DNA from: Octopus bimaculoides | Taxonomy: Eukaryota | DNA length: 34,571 bases | Direction of reading: 5' to 3' | Assembly (NCBI RefSeq): GCF_001194135.2 | Contig: NC_068988.1 | Location: forward strand, 71,744,640 to 71,779,210 | In this document: piece after piece, positions 11,753 to 23,880 of the stretch | Layout of the letters: every line of letters begins with the position of its first letter | How positions within the stretch are numbered: the first letter of the stretch is position 1 | The notes under the pieces: model-generated | Databases searched by the model: none | What the model saw: only the letters and a program-made list of their open reading frames with translations | Told to the model about the DNA's origin: nothing | Translations under genes and position numbers: made by a program

Positions 11753-14689
11753 CGCGCGTTAATCATTATATAAGTTCCCACTTCTACTAGTACTACAACA
11801 AACACACACATACACACATAGCCGCCTGCCTCCACTGGGTGGCTATGAATATTTTGCCCTTGTACGTATGCCTCTACATGCACATGCATGTGTAGAGAGG
11901 CACGTATTACATACACAGGTAAAAACAACTAAAACGTGTTTCATCATTGGTTTGCTCACTTATAAGACATCTGAGATAAACAATAACAACAACAACAAAC
12001 ATTGAAGCATCAGTTTTCAATTACCCCTTCAACTTTCTGCTGCTGGTGGATTTATCATGTGTTATCTATTCACTGTTTAATCAGACTGGGCCATCTGAAT
12101 TTTAGGTTGTCGTTAACATTTTAATAGGTCGCTAGTCAGACTTGTAGACAAGTAATCCAGTGTACTACTGATAAAACTATTTGGATTAAGCATAACTCAT
12201 GTATCCTTTCGTCTTTAGAATGCAGCTCTTTAAAATGAGCTAAGATTTATTTACTTGATACATATTCCGATCAAAGTACCGGTGCTGTTGTATAACCCGA
12301 GCTAGTTGATGGTTGGATAAACTAATAAATTCATGTATTCATTTTGTACATTTATGCTCGCATTACTGAAATATGTTTTCCGAATATGTTACAGTATAAT
12401 CTGAGGAGGATCTGGATGCTGATGATTGCAAATCTTGCGACCAAGGTACCTTCATTGATAGGTAAAGGCAGGTAAAAGCAATGTAAAAAAAAAATTAAGT
12501 ATCTCTTAAGTATTAATGTAGGTTATTATGTTCTACTACCAAATAATCATATTTCTCAGAAAATAAACCCCAAAAGTAGATAACAGGTCATTGATATTGA
12601 TAAACTCTCTATTTGTAGCAGGATATTACACTTACATGAGATATTGTATCTTGCTTCAAGTAGACGGTTTGATTGTATAATAACATTCGCAATCTAAATC
12701 ACTATATTAATACAAAAAAAAAGAACATTTAAATAATACACACCACGCTACAAAACTACATCAAATTGTCTAAACATTATTCACATGCTCTTTAATCTCT
12801 TAATTATAGGATTGGCAACAGCAATAAACTTTGTGGACCGTCTCAAGTAGATTCTTATTCGTTTGATTTCAGTTGGAGCAGTTTTTGACATACTGAGCAA
12901 ATATCACCAGCCAATTGGATTTCTTGGGGAGGAAAGTTTGAATGCATGGTGTTAGAGGGTAGATAAAGAATGGGAGGTGAACGGAATAAGAGAAAATATC
13001 TGTGGCAAGTGGTACAAAATAAGCAATTGAAGAGTTCAAAATGAGAAAATACTTTTGCATTTGCAAGGGAAGGGTAGAGAAAAGAAAGTCATTGGCTATA
13101 ATTCATTGCCTGAATATGTCATTTTCAATTTGCTAAATGGCGATAGCTTGTATGCAAACAAGAATGCGTGTAGAAGTAACAATGACACTTTGATCAATGT
13201 TGCAATATGGACCTTAATTGACACTGATCAGAAAATAATAAAAGCTGAAGTATTCCTGGCACTTAGTCTTTTTAATTACTGAATCGTTACATATGTGTCA
13301 TCGCCATAAATGTATGACTTGTGTATTGCTCATGTAAAAGTTTATTGGAAACGCAAGGTTAACGTTTCCTACTAATAGGCAGATGCTTTTAGAGGAATCC
13401 TAGTAAACGAATGGCCCTTACTGCATTGCCTTCAAGACTAAAGATGAAGGACAAGGAATTGTCCAATTAAGATTTGAAGAGTATAGTAAATTTTTATTTA
13501 GGCACAAGATCATAAATTGTGGGAGTAAGAATCAATGTTTCTAATCTACTGCTGTACATCAATGGTAATAATTTCATGGACTCTGGGAAGATAAGAGACC
13601 AAATTGGTTCTGTCATTATTGAGCAAATACTGTTAAAGCTTTCACCTAAATGTCACATACCAAACTTTTCCACTCTACCAATTCTGCTAGAACCATATGC
13701 TACTGCAAATATGACCATTGTAAAAACGAAAAATGAAATATAAAAAGCACTTTTAGATAACTGAAGCTTCGTTTCTCTCCGAAAATAACACATCAACTAA
13801 CACAGAATATTCATGTCCCTGTAGTAAGGATCCACTACACATCATAAAGTTTTGTTAAATAAAGGCGAGCACTGGATAGAACTGGAGTTAAGATTTTAAA
13901 CTGTGGAACTATTTCCCTTTCCGGTTGAAAGAATTCAACTTCACTTATTCCACTAATTTCACTGGAATATGAATATCACTCTCCATGCACACAACACAAA
14001 ATATGTTACCTTTGTGAATAATGAAATTTTAAAAAAGGATTTTTCGTGAAATCTTAGAGTAACTTATTAAAACTATTGGATGTTAATTTCGTGCTTTCTT
14101 CGGTTTCTTTCAAATATTAAACTGTTGGGAATCGGTATTTAAAATCAAAAATGGGAATCCGGCCGAAACTCGAGAAAGAACACAATGCTGCGCCTCCATT
14201 TTTCAACCAGTGCCAAAAAACAGCACACATAGTAATATTTATATATATATATGGTTTTTCATGAAGAAAGTACAGTTGAATGATTGTTTTAATAGATAGA
14301 TGAATTCTATCAGTTTAAGGATGACCCTTACCCAACCCAGCAGCATTCATGACCAGTGAGGGAAGATATGAATTAAACCAACAATTAAAGTCGCATCATT
14401 TTTACGTCTTTCAAGTGTTAAATTGGCGCTCTCTAGGAAACACGTAATATCTGGCAAAGATAAAGTTATTGTTTCTAAGTTTGTTTTTCTAACAAAACGT
14501 GAGTTTAATTTTATCTTGGGTGTTTGTATTTTACAGGGACAAGATAGCAGGGAAAGGGGATACCGTTCGCTGATCTGGGGATTAGCACCACTGTGCGTTG
14601 TGCACGCGTGATCAGCATGATGTTGCTATGTATGCGTCAGTAGGTGTATCACACAGTGAAAGGAGGAACGACCATCGTGGAGTAGTAAG

Positions 14690-14775
14690 CGTATTGAGAT
14701 TGCTGAATCTTTTGATATCTAATACGTCAAAATTGGCTGCTCAATTTTCGAGTTCAAGTGAAACATACGCACTAC
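14690..14775. repeat. Unclassified interspersed repeat, homologous to 15960-16040
   Basis: GATTGCTGAATCTTTTGATATCTAATACGTCAAAATTGG.. versus GATTACTGAATCTTTTGATAGCTCATACGTCAAAATGGG.. Confidence 0.7.
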
Positions 14776-15859
14776 ACGCAATGCACTCCTGCGTTGCCCG
14801 GGTCGTTGATAACATTAACACTACGACCAACTGGTATTGTAGTACATGCCTCTGATAAGGAAAAATTGATTCAAAATTGTACCAATCAGTGAACACGCAG
14901 TGCATCCCGACCAATAATGGGACACGCATCGTGGGCGGACTCATGTGTGTATGTGACCTTAATTTTCCCTCGCATAGATGCGCGGTATTATTGTTGTTGT
15001 CAGACATTTGTTTTCCATCGCACTACCCGCGTTATAGTACACGCTCAACCACCGAAAAATAGGGTTATTGTAGCAAAATCCTTGCGAGCCTTGTGGTTTA
15101 TGGAATGAATACTAGGCATGAATATATACTAATAACGATTAGCAACTTTGCATAAATTGGGTTGAATAAAGAGAAAAGGCAAAAAGAGTCGAAAGTTTTT
15201 GGTCATTGCTTCATGTCTTTAGTACACTTGAACGAATATAGGCCCTTACTGTGCTTCATCCTTGGGAAACTTTATTGAGTTTAAACCTGAGAAAGCCCCT
15301 TTGGCATTCCTGAATCGTTTGCTACCAAAAGAATTTACATGGACGAATTTTTTTAGTAGTAATATCAGAAGCGATCACAATTATATCAGAAACACGGTTC
15401 ATTAGTCAATATTCTGTTGACAAATAGGGCTTTGTGCAAAGAAATGGTATCACAATACATCAAAGAAATTGCTTAATCATGGAATACTGAAGACGTTCAC
15501 ATTGGCAGTTTAGTTGTGGCACAAAGGTCATTATTGACGGAAAAGGTGCCAATAATTGTACCAAAAAAGCATGTTTTTGGTCATTTTCCGTTGACAAATA
15601 AGGTTTCGTGCATCACAAATGCACTCATAACGCTCCTTGTATATTGCTGCATTTTTTTACACCAAAATAGGTAAGATATTATGCATCTAACTGTGTTACA
15701 TCAATCTGTGCAGTTTTTGTCACATCAAATACATGCATAAAGCAGGGGATATCAAACTAGATATACCGAGTTGTCATAGGCATGTTGTACTTGTCCGTTG
15801 TACATTAAAATTGGCAAAAACATTATAATTGGCAACTTAGATTAGAAGTAAATTCTAAT

Positions 15860-16039
15860 ATTGCCCGAAAATGACCTCAAAATTGTGCGACCCGACCTCG
15901 TTGTCAATGTTATTTTTGTAGTAAAAAAGATTTGTGCAAAACATACTTTGTTTGGTAGCCGAAAGATTACTGAATCTTTTGATAGCTCATACGTCAAAAT
16001 GGGCAACTCAGTTTTCGAATCCAAAAGGAACCATATGCA

Positions 16040-16040
<1 letters not shown>
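15860..16040. repeat. Unclassified interspersed repeat; 5' part shared with 21135-21245, 3' part with 14690-14775
   Basis: ATTGCCCGAAAATGACCTCAAAATTGTGCGACCCGAC.. versus ATTGTCCGAAAAGGAACTCAAAATTGTGCGACCCAAC.. Confidence 0.7.
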
Positions 16041-16087
<47 letters not shown>

Positions 16088-16429
16088 TCACTCACTCACA
16101 CACACATACACATAAACTCTGTTTTATATATATATATATATATATATATTATATGATCCTCTGATTTTAATTTTATTTTATATGCTCACAGAGAACAGTA
16201 GCTGGCCCCATTAGCGGACAAGTACACCATGCCTACGTCAACTCGGTATATCTAGTGGGACATTCCATACTTTATACATGTACATGATGTGACACAAACT
16301 ACACAGATTGATGCAACGCAATTAGATGCATAATATCTTACCCATAACGGACAGTTTCAGGATGGGTCGAAACCACCGTCGAACTGAATAGAGACTAGTA
16401 CTAAATCTATATTCCGTTTCCTTCATCAA

Positions 16430-17000
16430 TTAGTATTATTATAGAGTGAGAGTGCAGTGCATGCCATCAGTGTTGGACTGGGGTAAAGTATACAAAGCCC
16501 AGAAAACCTTTCATTACTACCCGTCTGACAAGGGTACACCAGGCACTGGCATCACAAGCATATGTGCGTGACATGGTGATCCCATATGATAAACAGTACA
16601 TGACCTAGCAGCAGGTGGAGCCCAGTTACAATTCTCTTCAGGTCGAGTAGCCCAACCCGCTCAAAAGGTCCCTGAATAAGGATGTTGAACAAAAGATGTT
16701 GAACAAAAGACCCATGTTTCTAGAGGTGAATTATCCAACCCCAAATAAATCCTCTCAACAAATGGCTATGATGCTCCCCTACTACTTCTACTCGTGATCA
16801 GAGATGCACATATCATCAGACACTAAAAGATATGCTCAAGTGGTTAAGGTCAAACAACTGACAAGCAAATCTGTGGTATTCTGCAGAATATTTACTGTAG
16901 ACCATTTTTATACCAAGACAAAGCAATGTGCATGATGACACTTCCAGTCAGTTAAGATTAGAAGCCATGAGAGCCACTGTCTGATATTGCATCAGGATAT
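16430..17000 (-). mobile_element. Unclassified retroposed repeat ending ...CACTGCACTCTCACTC plus a short AAT tail
   Basis: Its 3' end matches the 55-bp fragment at 3109-3163, which is followed on the minus strand by (AAT)n. No ORF found. Confidence 0.6.
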
Positions 17001-17417
17001 AAGTTCGAATTATTTGAGCGCTACTAAGGGTTTTCTATACCGAAGATCTCTAGAGATCACATTTGTAAAGACATTATTTAGAATCTACCTCTAATCTAAT
17101 CCTTCAAACGCATTATGTAACTTATTATCTACAAAACTTGCACATGCGAGTAATACAACGTATAATGTTCTCAACAATGCTGATACAGCAGGGATAATGC
17201 ACATCCGACATAATAGCTAATTTTCACATACCTTATCAAGCTGAACATTTCGTGTGTCCTTACAATAATTCTATATATATGTATATATAAAACACAGTAT
17301 GTCTGTATATATATATATGTGTGTGTGTGTGTTGTACATATATACATATATACATATATACAACAGTGTATTTATAAATATATATACATGTATATATATA
17401 CACACACACACACACAC

Positions 17418-18200
17418 ACTAGCAATGCATCCCGGCGTTCCTCGAATGTTATGACCTACAAGCACATTGAATTATTTGCTCCTCTCTTATGGGCAGAATC
17501 AGCACGGCTGATATATAGTTAATGGAATAATGGAAGTCATTTTTTGTTTAATAGTCAACGGCGAGTGTACAATGCACATGCGTTTGCATGAAAGTGCTTT
17601 GTCTTCTGAAGAAGGATCAGAATATGTATTGTTTCATCGTATAAAAGGGGGTTAATACGATTTTGTCCAGAAATCACGTTCTCAAAATTTTAATTTCTTT
17701 CGATTCCCACCGGAATGTCTTAAATTGTAACTTTTTCAATTTTTTTTTGTTTTTTTTTGTTTTGTTATCTGCGAAGAAAAATACAGAGATTATGAATTTG
17801 GGAAATATGTATATTTATATATATATAAGTCAGTAAATAGTGGGGTTGTGTTAACCGCACGTGGAGAAGTAATAGGAAAATGAAAAATAATGATAAGGCA
17901 GAATGTTAAACTGAAAGCATATTTTAATATAGATATGTAGAAAGGATTTCTAACCGGCTTTCATTGCATGGCAAACTTTCAAGAACAGGGAAAATGAGAA
18001 TGTTTTTTACAAAAAAGTAAAAAATAATATATAAAAAAATAATATATAAAAAAATAAATATACCAATACATTATATTGTCTTTGAGCTTTTAAACTTCAA
18101 TGGTAATCCATGTAGATAATAGTTGGAAAAATTAGGATGCATGAAATTGAGAGTTGTGTTTGGTTTTAAAAAGAAAGGGGGGCCGAAAGTTTATGTGTTG
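17418..18200. mobile_element. Possible non-autonomous Helitron/Helentron-like element
   Basis: Starts ACTAGCAATGCATCCCGGCGTTCCTCG, a pattern I associate with Helitron-type ends, with an ATGCATCC/GGATGCAT inverted pair (~17426 and ~18136). Boundaries are weak. Confidence 0.3.
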
Positions 18201-18424
18201 GATATATATATATATGTGTGTGTGTGTGTGTACACTATATATTCCCCTCCCCTTACCGAAAGCTGAACAGTTATTTCCCTTGCCCACAACAACAATAATA
18301 ACGATAACCAATTCTCTCCCCTTATTTTTCTACTTGTGAAGTCATTCACTCGTAAATATCATCACACACAACATGGGCAAAAATTTCTTCTTCAGAAAAT
18401 ACATATTCAAATAAGTAAACCATA

Positions 18425-18459
18425 ATATCATGAATAGCGAAAGCGAAACCGGTCGATAT
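18425..18459 (+). ncRNA. Minimal type I hammerhead-like motif with variant core (A3/U8)
   Basis: ATATC (stem I), ATGAATA, GC-GAAA-GC (stem II), GAAAC-CG-GTC, GATAT (stem I); palindromic ACCGGT in stem III. Confidence 0.55.
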
Positions 18460-19624
18460 ATTAAAAATTATATTAAAACTATGTAAAGTGTGTGTTTTTT
18501 CCTTTTTTAATTTCTTATATATATTACAACTCAGCAGGTGAGGATAATCGAAATTCCACTTTTTCTGTTACTATATACATACATATANNNNNNNNNNNNN
18601 NNNNNNNNNNNNNNNNNNNNNNNNNNNNNNNNNNNNNNNNNNNNNNNNNNNNNNNNNNNNNNNNNNNNNNNNNNNNNNNNNNNNNNNNNNNNNNNNNNNN
18701 NNNNNNNNNNNNNNNNNNNNNNNNNNNNNNNNNNNNNNNNNNNNNNNNNNNNNNNNNNNNNNNNNNNNNNNNNNNNNNNNNNNNNNNNNNNNNNNNNNNN
18801 NNNNNNNNNNNNNNNNNNNNNNNNNNNNNNNNNNNNNNNNNNNNNNNNNNNNNNNNNNNNNNNNNNNNNNNNNNNNNNNNNNNNNNNNNNNNNNNNNNNN
18901 NNNNNNNNNNNNNNNNNNNNNNNNNNNNNNNNNNNNNNNNNNNNNNNNNNNNNNNNNNNNNNNNNNNNNNNNNNNNNNNNNNNNNNNNNNNNNNNNNNNN
19001 NNNNNNNNNNNNNNNNNNNNNNNNNNNNNNNNNNNNNNNNNNNNNNNNNNNNNNNNNNNNNNNNNNNNNNNNNNNNNNNNNNNNNNNNNNNNNNNNNNNN
19101 NNNNNNNNNNNNNNNNNNNNNNNNNNNNNNNNNNNNNNNNNNNNNNNNNNNNNNNNNNNNNNNNNNNNNNNNNNNNNNNNNNNNNNNNNNNNNNNNNNNN
19201 NNNNNNNNNNNNNNNNNNNNNNNNNNNNNNNNNNNNNNNNNNNNNNNNNNNNNNNNNNNNNNNNNNNNNNNNNNNNNNNNNNNNNNNNNNNNNNNNNNNN
19301 NNNNNNNNNNNNNNNNNNNNNNNNNNNNNNNNNNNNNNNNNNNNNNNNNNNNNNNNNNNNNNNNNNNNNNNNNNNNNNNNNNNNNNNNNNNNNNNNNNNN
19401 NNNNNNNNNNNNNNNNNNNNNNNNNNNNNNNNNNNNNNNNNNNNNNNNNNNNNNNNNNNNNNNNNNNNNNNNNNNNNNNNNNNNNNNNNNNNTTAACCTC
19501 ACAAAGAGGTGAAAGAAGAGAGACAGCATAGCGAAAGTTTTGGCTGACTGTCATCCTGTACTCCCCATTTGGCTGTGAAACTCAAGGACAAGAAAGAATA
19601 CAACGATCACCCATGTCCAATTTA

Positions 19625-19627
19625 TAT

Positions 19628-19683
<56 letters not shown>

Positions 19684-19692
19684 CATACATAC

Positions 19693-19737
<45 letters not shown>
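19625..19737. repeat. Compound (TA)n(TG)n(TAGA)n microsatellite
   Basis: Direct reading. Confidence 0.95.
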
Positions 19738-21134
19738 TTATCGTTTAATGTTTCTTAAAGAAACACTCAATGCCCCTTCCCACACCTCGCCCACCCATCA
19801 CTTACCAGCTTTCAAAAAGCTACAATCTACCAATTTGTCACTTTTGTCAGATGTTTTCTGCATGCGTAGAATTCTACTGAAATAGTAGACATAAAAAATA
19901 CCAGACTACCACCAGAAAACCCGACATGCTAGAAACATGTAAACGACATTATTTCTAAAGAAACCTCCCCACTTTCCAAAAAGCTAAAAGTGTAACATTG
20001 GGAATGTGTTGCTTTTTGAATGTGGTGAGGTGATGGGTAAAATTCTTAAAGATTTGTACTCTCTGTTTATTTTACATGGATTGCCAAGAATAAAAATTTG
20101 AAAAAGTAAGAAATAAATTTGGTGTGGAGAGGGAGAAAATAAAAATATTGAGAACGTGCTTTGTGGGTGCAATCCTAATCTCCTGTATCGCAAACATAGG
20201 AATCGGAAGAAATTTAGAAAAAAAAATGTGGGAGGAAATGTTATCTCGGACATGCTAGAAAGAAGAGGTAAAGGACAGAATTTCTGGGAAAACTTCCTTT
20301 TAAGATTAGATCGAAGATCAAGATTTTAAATACGCTCATCACAAACACAAGTTATATAATACAAAAAGATCATTTCAATTAGGCTTGAGCTGTAAATTTG
20401 CACATGCACACTGCAAGAATTAATATAATTCTCACAAGATTTTTACCTACAGTGTGTGTATGCATGTGTATGTGTCAAAGTAAGTTATTTTATGGTATTC
20501 TTTCATTTGAAGAAGCAAATTTGTCAACTCAACATATATGGGATCATGTGATTCTTTGTTAATTTCCGTGAAATTTGTTTAATTTCTGTCTGCTTTGAAG
20601 AGAGCATAAATTGAAAGAGAGGAGAACGTGAAAAGGTGACATTTGCTTTGAAGTGAGACGAGAAAGTAAAAGAGAGGAGACGTGTGTGAAAGAGAGAGAG
20701 TGAGTGAAGATGTGTGATGTGATGTATGAAATTTTTTGCATGTATGTGCAAGTGGCACCCACTCGCTCTCTCTCTCTCTCTCTCTCTCCCTCTCTCTCTC
20801 TCCCTCTCTCTTTCACATACACACATTATCTTTCATATACACGTTCATAAATAAGCGGAGGTAAAGAATACGCACACCACCCGTTTTCGGCGTAGCCCTT
20901 ACCGCAAACACTGGGAGTGCGTATTCTTGACCTTCACCCATAAATACATATGTATACATCTTTTTTGTGTGTGAGAGAGAGAGGTTGTATATCCTCATGA
21001 CATATAGAAAAAATTATGTCTTTTAATGCAATTTTTTTGGCTGTGGCTTATTTTAATACAATATTTATGTGTACATTTTCATAAATGTTTGCGAAACATC
21101 GCACGATAGTGATACATTAGAAGCAAATCAAAAT

Positions 21135-21245
21135 ATTGTCCGAAAAGGAACTCAAAATTGTGCGACCCAACGTAGTTGCCGAGGTTATTTTAGTTGTAAA
21201 AAAAGAGTTGTTGAGTCAAAAACATAGTTTATTTTGTAGATAGAT
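21135..21245. repeat. Unclassified interspersed repeat, homologous to 15860-15960
   Basis: Shared CTCAAAATTGTGCGACCC..GTTATTTT..GTAAAAAA..AAAACATA blocks. Confidence 0.65.
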
Positions 21246-21492
21246 AATAAGCAGCTTTCTTTATTATAATACGCATGTGACTAATTCGGTGAAACATTAC
21301 TTTCATTATTCACACATCGTCACTGTCGTAATGCAAAACTTTGTAATTTTGGTTCAAATTGAAAGCGTGAAACTATTTTCATTTTGTAATGAAACCTGGT
21401 CGTTGTAGAGAATTGTATTTGAAATAACTATAACTGGTTATGAAGATAACGTAGAAAATATGTAAATGAAAGTAAAGTTTATTGGTCTGATT

Positions 21493-21690
21493 GAGGAGGT
21501 GGCAGAATCGTTAGCATACCAGGCAAAATGTTTGAGCGATATTTCGCCTGTTCAAATGCTTCCGGGATCAACTTTGCCTTTCATCATTCCTGGGTCGATA
21601 AATTAAGTACCAGTGAGACACTGGAGTCGATGTAATCGACTGGTCCCCTCCCCCGAATTATCAGGCCCTGTGCCTATAGTAGAAAGGATT
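21493..21690 (+). mobile_element. tRNA-derived SINE, second family
   Basis: A-box-like TGGCAGAATCG, then TTTGCCTTTCATC..GGGTCGATAAAATTAAGTACCAG..CACTGGAGTCGATGTAATCGAC; homologous to 25513-25712. Confidence 0.85.
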
Positions 21691-21972
21691 TCATTGTTCT
21701 GGTCTTAACATCAGTTGGTAAGAATAGAAGTCATTTGACGACACCCTTTTGTTTGTAATTGGCTATCCTGTCGCAGGTTCAATCCGAGGAATATTAAAAT
21801 AATACCCATCTTGTCCATTCCACAGAATAAGATAATACTGGAGAGAAGAATGTGTCTGTGAAATACGTTTAAGGTTGTTATCTTGAACACGAATGAGAAT
21901 ATCATGATTTACAATGGGATCACAGGCAAGCACACAGAGTCACAGAGATAGGCTTCACGTATGCGTTAATGT

Positions 21973-22029
<57 letters not shown>

Positions 22030-22937
22030 NNNNNNNNNNNNNNNNNNNNNNNNNNNNNNNNNNNNNNNNNNNNNNNNNNNNNNNNNNNNNNNNNNNNNNN
22101 NNNNNNNNNNNNNNNNNNNNNNNNNNNNNNNNNNNNNNNNNNNNNNNNNNNNNNNNNNNNNNNNNNNNNNNNNNNNNNNNNNNNNNNNNNNNNNNNNNNN
22201 NNNNNNNNNNNNNNNNNNNNNNNNNNNNNNNNNNNNNNNNNNNNNNNNNNNNNNNNNNNNNNNNNNNNNNNNNNNNNNNNNNNNNNNNNNNNNNNNNNNN
22301 NNNNNNNNNNNNNNNNNNNNNNNNNNNNNNNNNNNNNNNNNNNNNNNNNNNNNNNNNNNNNNNNNNNNNNNNNNNNNNNNNNNNNNNNNNNNNNNNNNNN
22401 NNNNNNNNNNNNNNNNNNNNNNNNNNNNNNNNNNNNNNNNNNNNNNNNNNNNNNNNNNNNNNNNNNNNNNNNNNNNNNNNNNNNNNNNNNNNNNNNNNNN
22501 NNNNNNNNNNNNNNNNNNNNNNNNNNNNNNNNNNNNNNNNNNNNNNNNNNNNNNNNNNNNNNNNNNNNNNNNNNNNNNNNNNNNNNNNNNNNNNNNNNNN
22601 NNNNNNNNNNNNNNNNNNNNNNNNNNNNNNNNNNNNNNNNNNNNNNNNNNNNNNNNNNNNNNNNNNNNNNNNNNNNNNNNNNNNNNNNNNNNNNNNNNNN
22701 NNNNNNNNNNNNNNNNNNNNNNNNNNNNNNNNNNNNNNNNNNNNNNNNNNNNNNNNNNNNNNNNNNNNNNNNNNNNNNNNNNNNNNNNNNNNNNNNNNNN
22801 NNNNNNNNNNNNNNNNNNNNNNNNNNNNNNNNNNNNNNNNNNNNNNNNNNNNNNNNNNNNNNNNNNNNNNNNNNNNNNNNNNNNNNNNNNNNNNNNNNNN
22901 NNNNNNNNNNNNNNNNNNNNNNNNNNNNNNNNNNNNG

Positions 22938-23190
22938 TCTTTTGATAACGAACTTTTCTTCCTGAGTGATGTTTGGTTTCGGAAGTTTCGCTTTTTCTAG
23001 CACCTGTCTCACTTTCCACCTTAGTTCATCTCCCCGAGCTTAATGGTATCTTTATGGCTATCTCTTCAATAAGGGCTATCATATCCAAGTATGGAATGCG
23101 CTTGATGGTTGTCATGAAGTTGAGGCATTTGTTTAGTACTGCTTCTTCAGAGCTTTCTAGATGTCAGCTACTTATATTAATTACTGCTTT
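22938..23190 (-). mobile_element. Penelope-like element ORF fragment (region N-terminal to RT)
   Basis: Minus strand: SEEAVLNKCLNFMTTIKRIPYLDMIALIEE, then after a frameshift ELRWKVRQVLEKAKLPKPNITQEEKFVIK. This matches the PLE pattern VLxKGLNF..IP..DII..E..NLTxxE. It runs into an N-gap. Confidence 0.75.
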
Positions 23191-23193
23191 CAC

Positions 23194-23194
<1 letters not shown>

Positions 23195-23258
<64 letters not shown>
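23195..23258. repeat. (TAGA)n microsatellite
   Basis: Direct reading. Confidence 0.97.
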
Positions 23259-23279
23259 TGTATATGATTATGTGTGTGT

Positions 23280-23460
23280 GTCTGGGTGTCTGCGTTTGTT
23301 TCTTCTATCACTGCCTGATACGTCCCCATAATTTAGCGGTTCGGTACAAGTAACCGACAAAATAAGTACTGGGGTTGATCTGTTTGACTAAAACCCTTCA
23401 AGGTGGTGCTCCAGTATTGCTGCAGTCAAATGACTAAGACAAGTAAAAGATTAAGAGAAT
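23280..23460 (+). mobile_element. 3' half of a SINE related to 29311-29718
   Basis: AGCGGTTCGG..AATAAGTAC..GGGGTTGAT..GGTGCTCCAG..GCAGTCAAATGACT..ACAAGTAAAAG matches the reverse complement of 29320-29460. Confidence 0.8.
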
Positions 23461-23554
23461 ATATATGAAGAATGCATGCACATGGCACATACATACAAAC
23501 ACACAATACATGTATACATGCATACACACATTTATTCATTCTTACAAATACAAA

Positions 23555-23880
23555 GACACAAACACTTCAATAGGGAAAAAAAACACCCAAAGAAGTTCCA
23601 CTCCCAGGATTTTAAGATATCCAACAGAACCACTCCATGCAACAGTGGGAATCTCAAAATCATAGGGATCTGCCTTCTCAACAAACTGAAATCAGCAATT
23701 AACAACAGGAAGGAACTACAGGGAGAGGACCGGTTACTATAGCAACACCATTGTGCACAACACCAGTTACTTTCCTCCTTCCTTCACCTTCCTCCCTCTT
23801 TTCTCCCATACATCAGAGCAACGATTTTTATATCCCTCATTTCTACAAATGTCCTGAGGAAGTGATTATAACCCCAAAAT
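23555..23880 (+). mobile_element. Possible degenerate PLE 3' end (GIY-YIG C-terminus)
   Basis: HFN..HSQDFKIS..LLNKLKSAINNRKEL resembles the PLE endonuclease tail. CTGAGGA follows at 23854-23860 but without an intact GAAA. Confidence 0.4.

Noticed and set aside
12869-13743. Short ORFs at 12869-13066, 13055-13282 and 13519-13743
   Set aside because: No recognisable domains, composition typical of random AT-rich ORFs, and no consistent splice frame.
14158-14180. CCGGCC-GAAAC-TCGAG resembling a hammerhead 3' half
   Set aside because: No upstream CUGANGA core and no UH cleavage site.
18492-19554. Long ORFs of 324-334 aa
   Set aside because: They consist of X residues spanning an N-gap; the same applies to the ORFs over 21914-23019 and 30917-32035.
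23140-23165. CTGAAGA on the minus strand as a hammerhead core
   Set aside because: No GAAA or stems follow; it is simply the S-E-E codons of the PLE ORF fragment.
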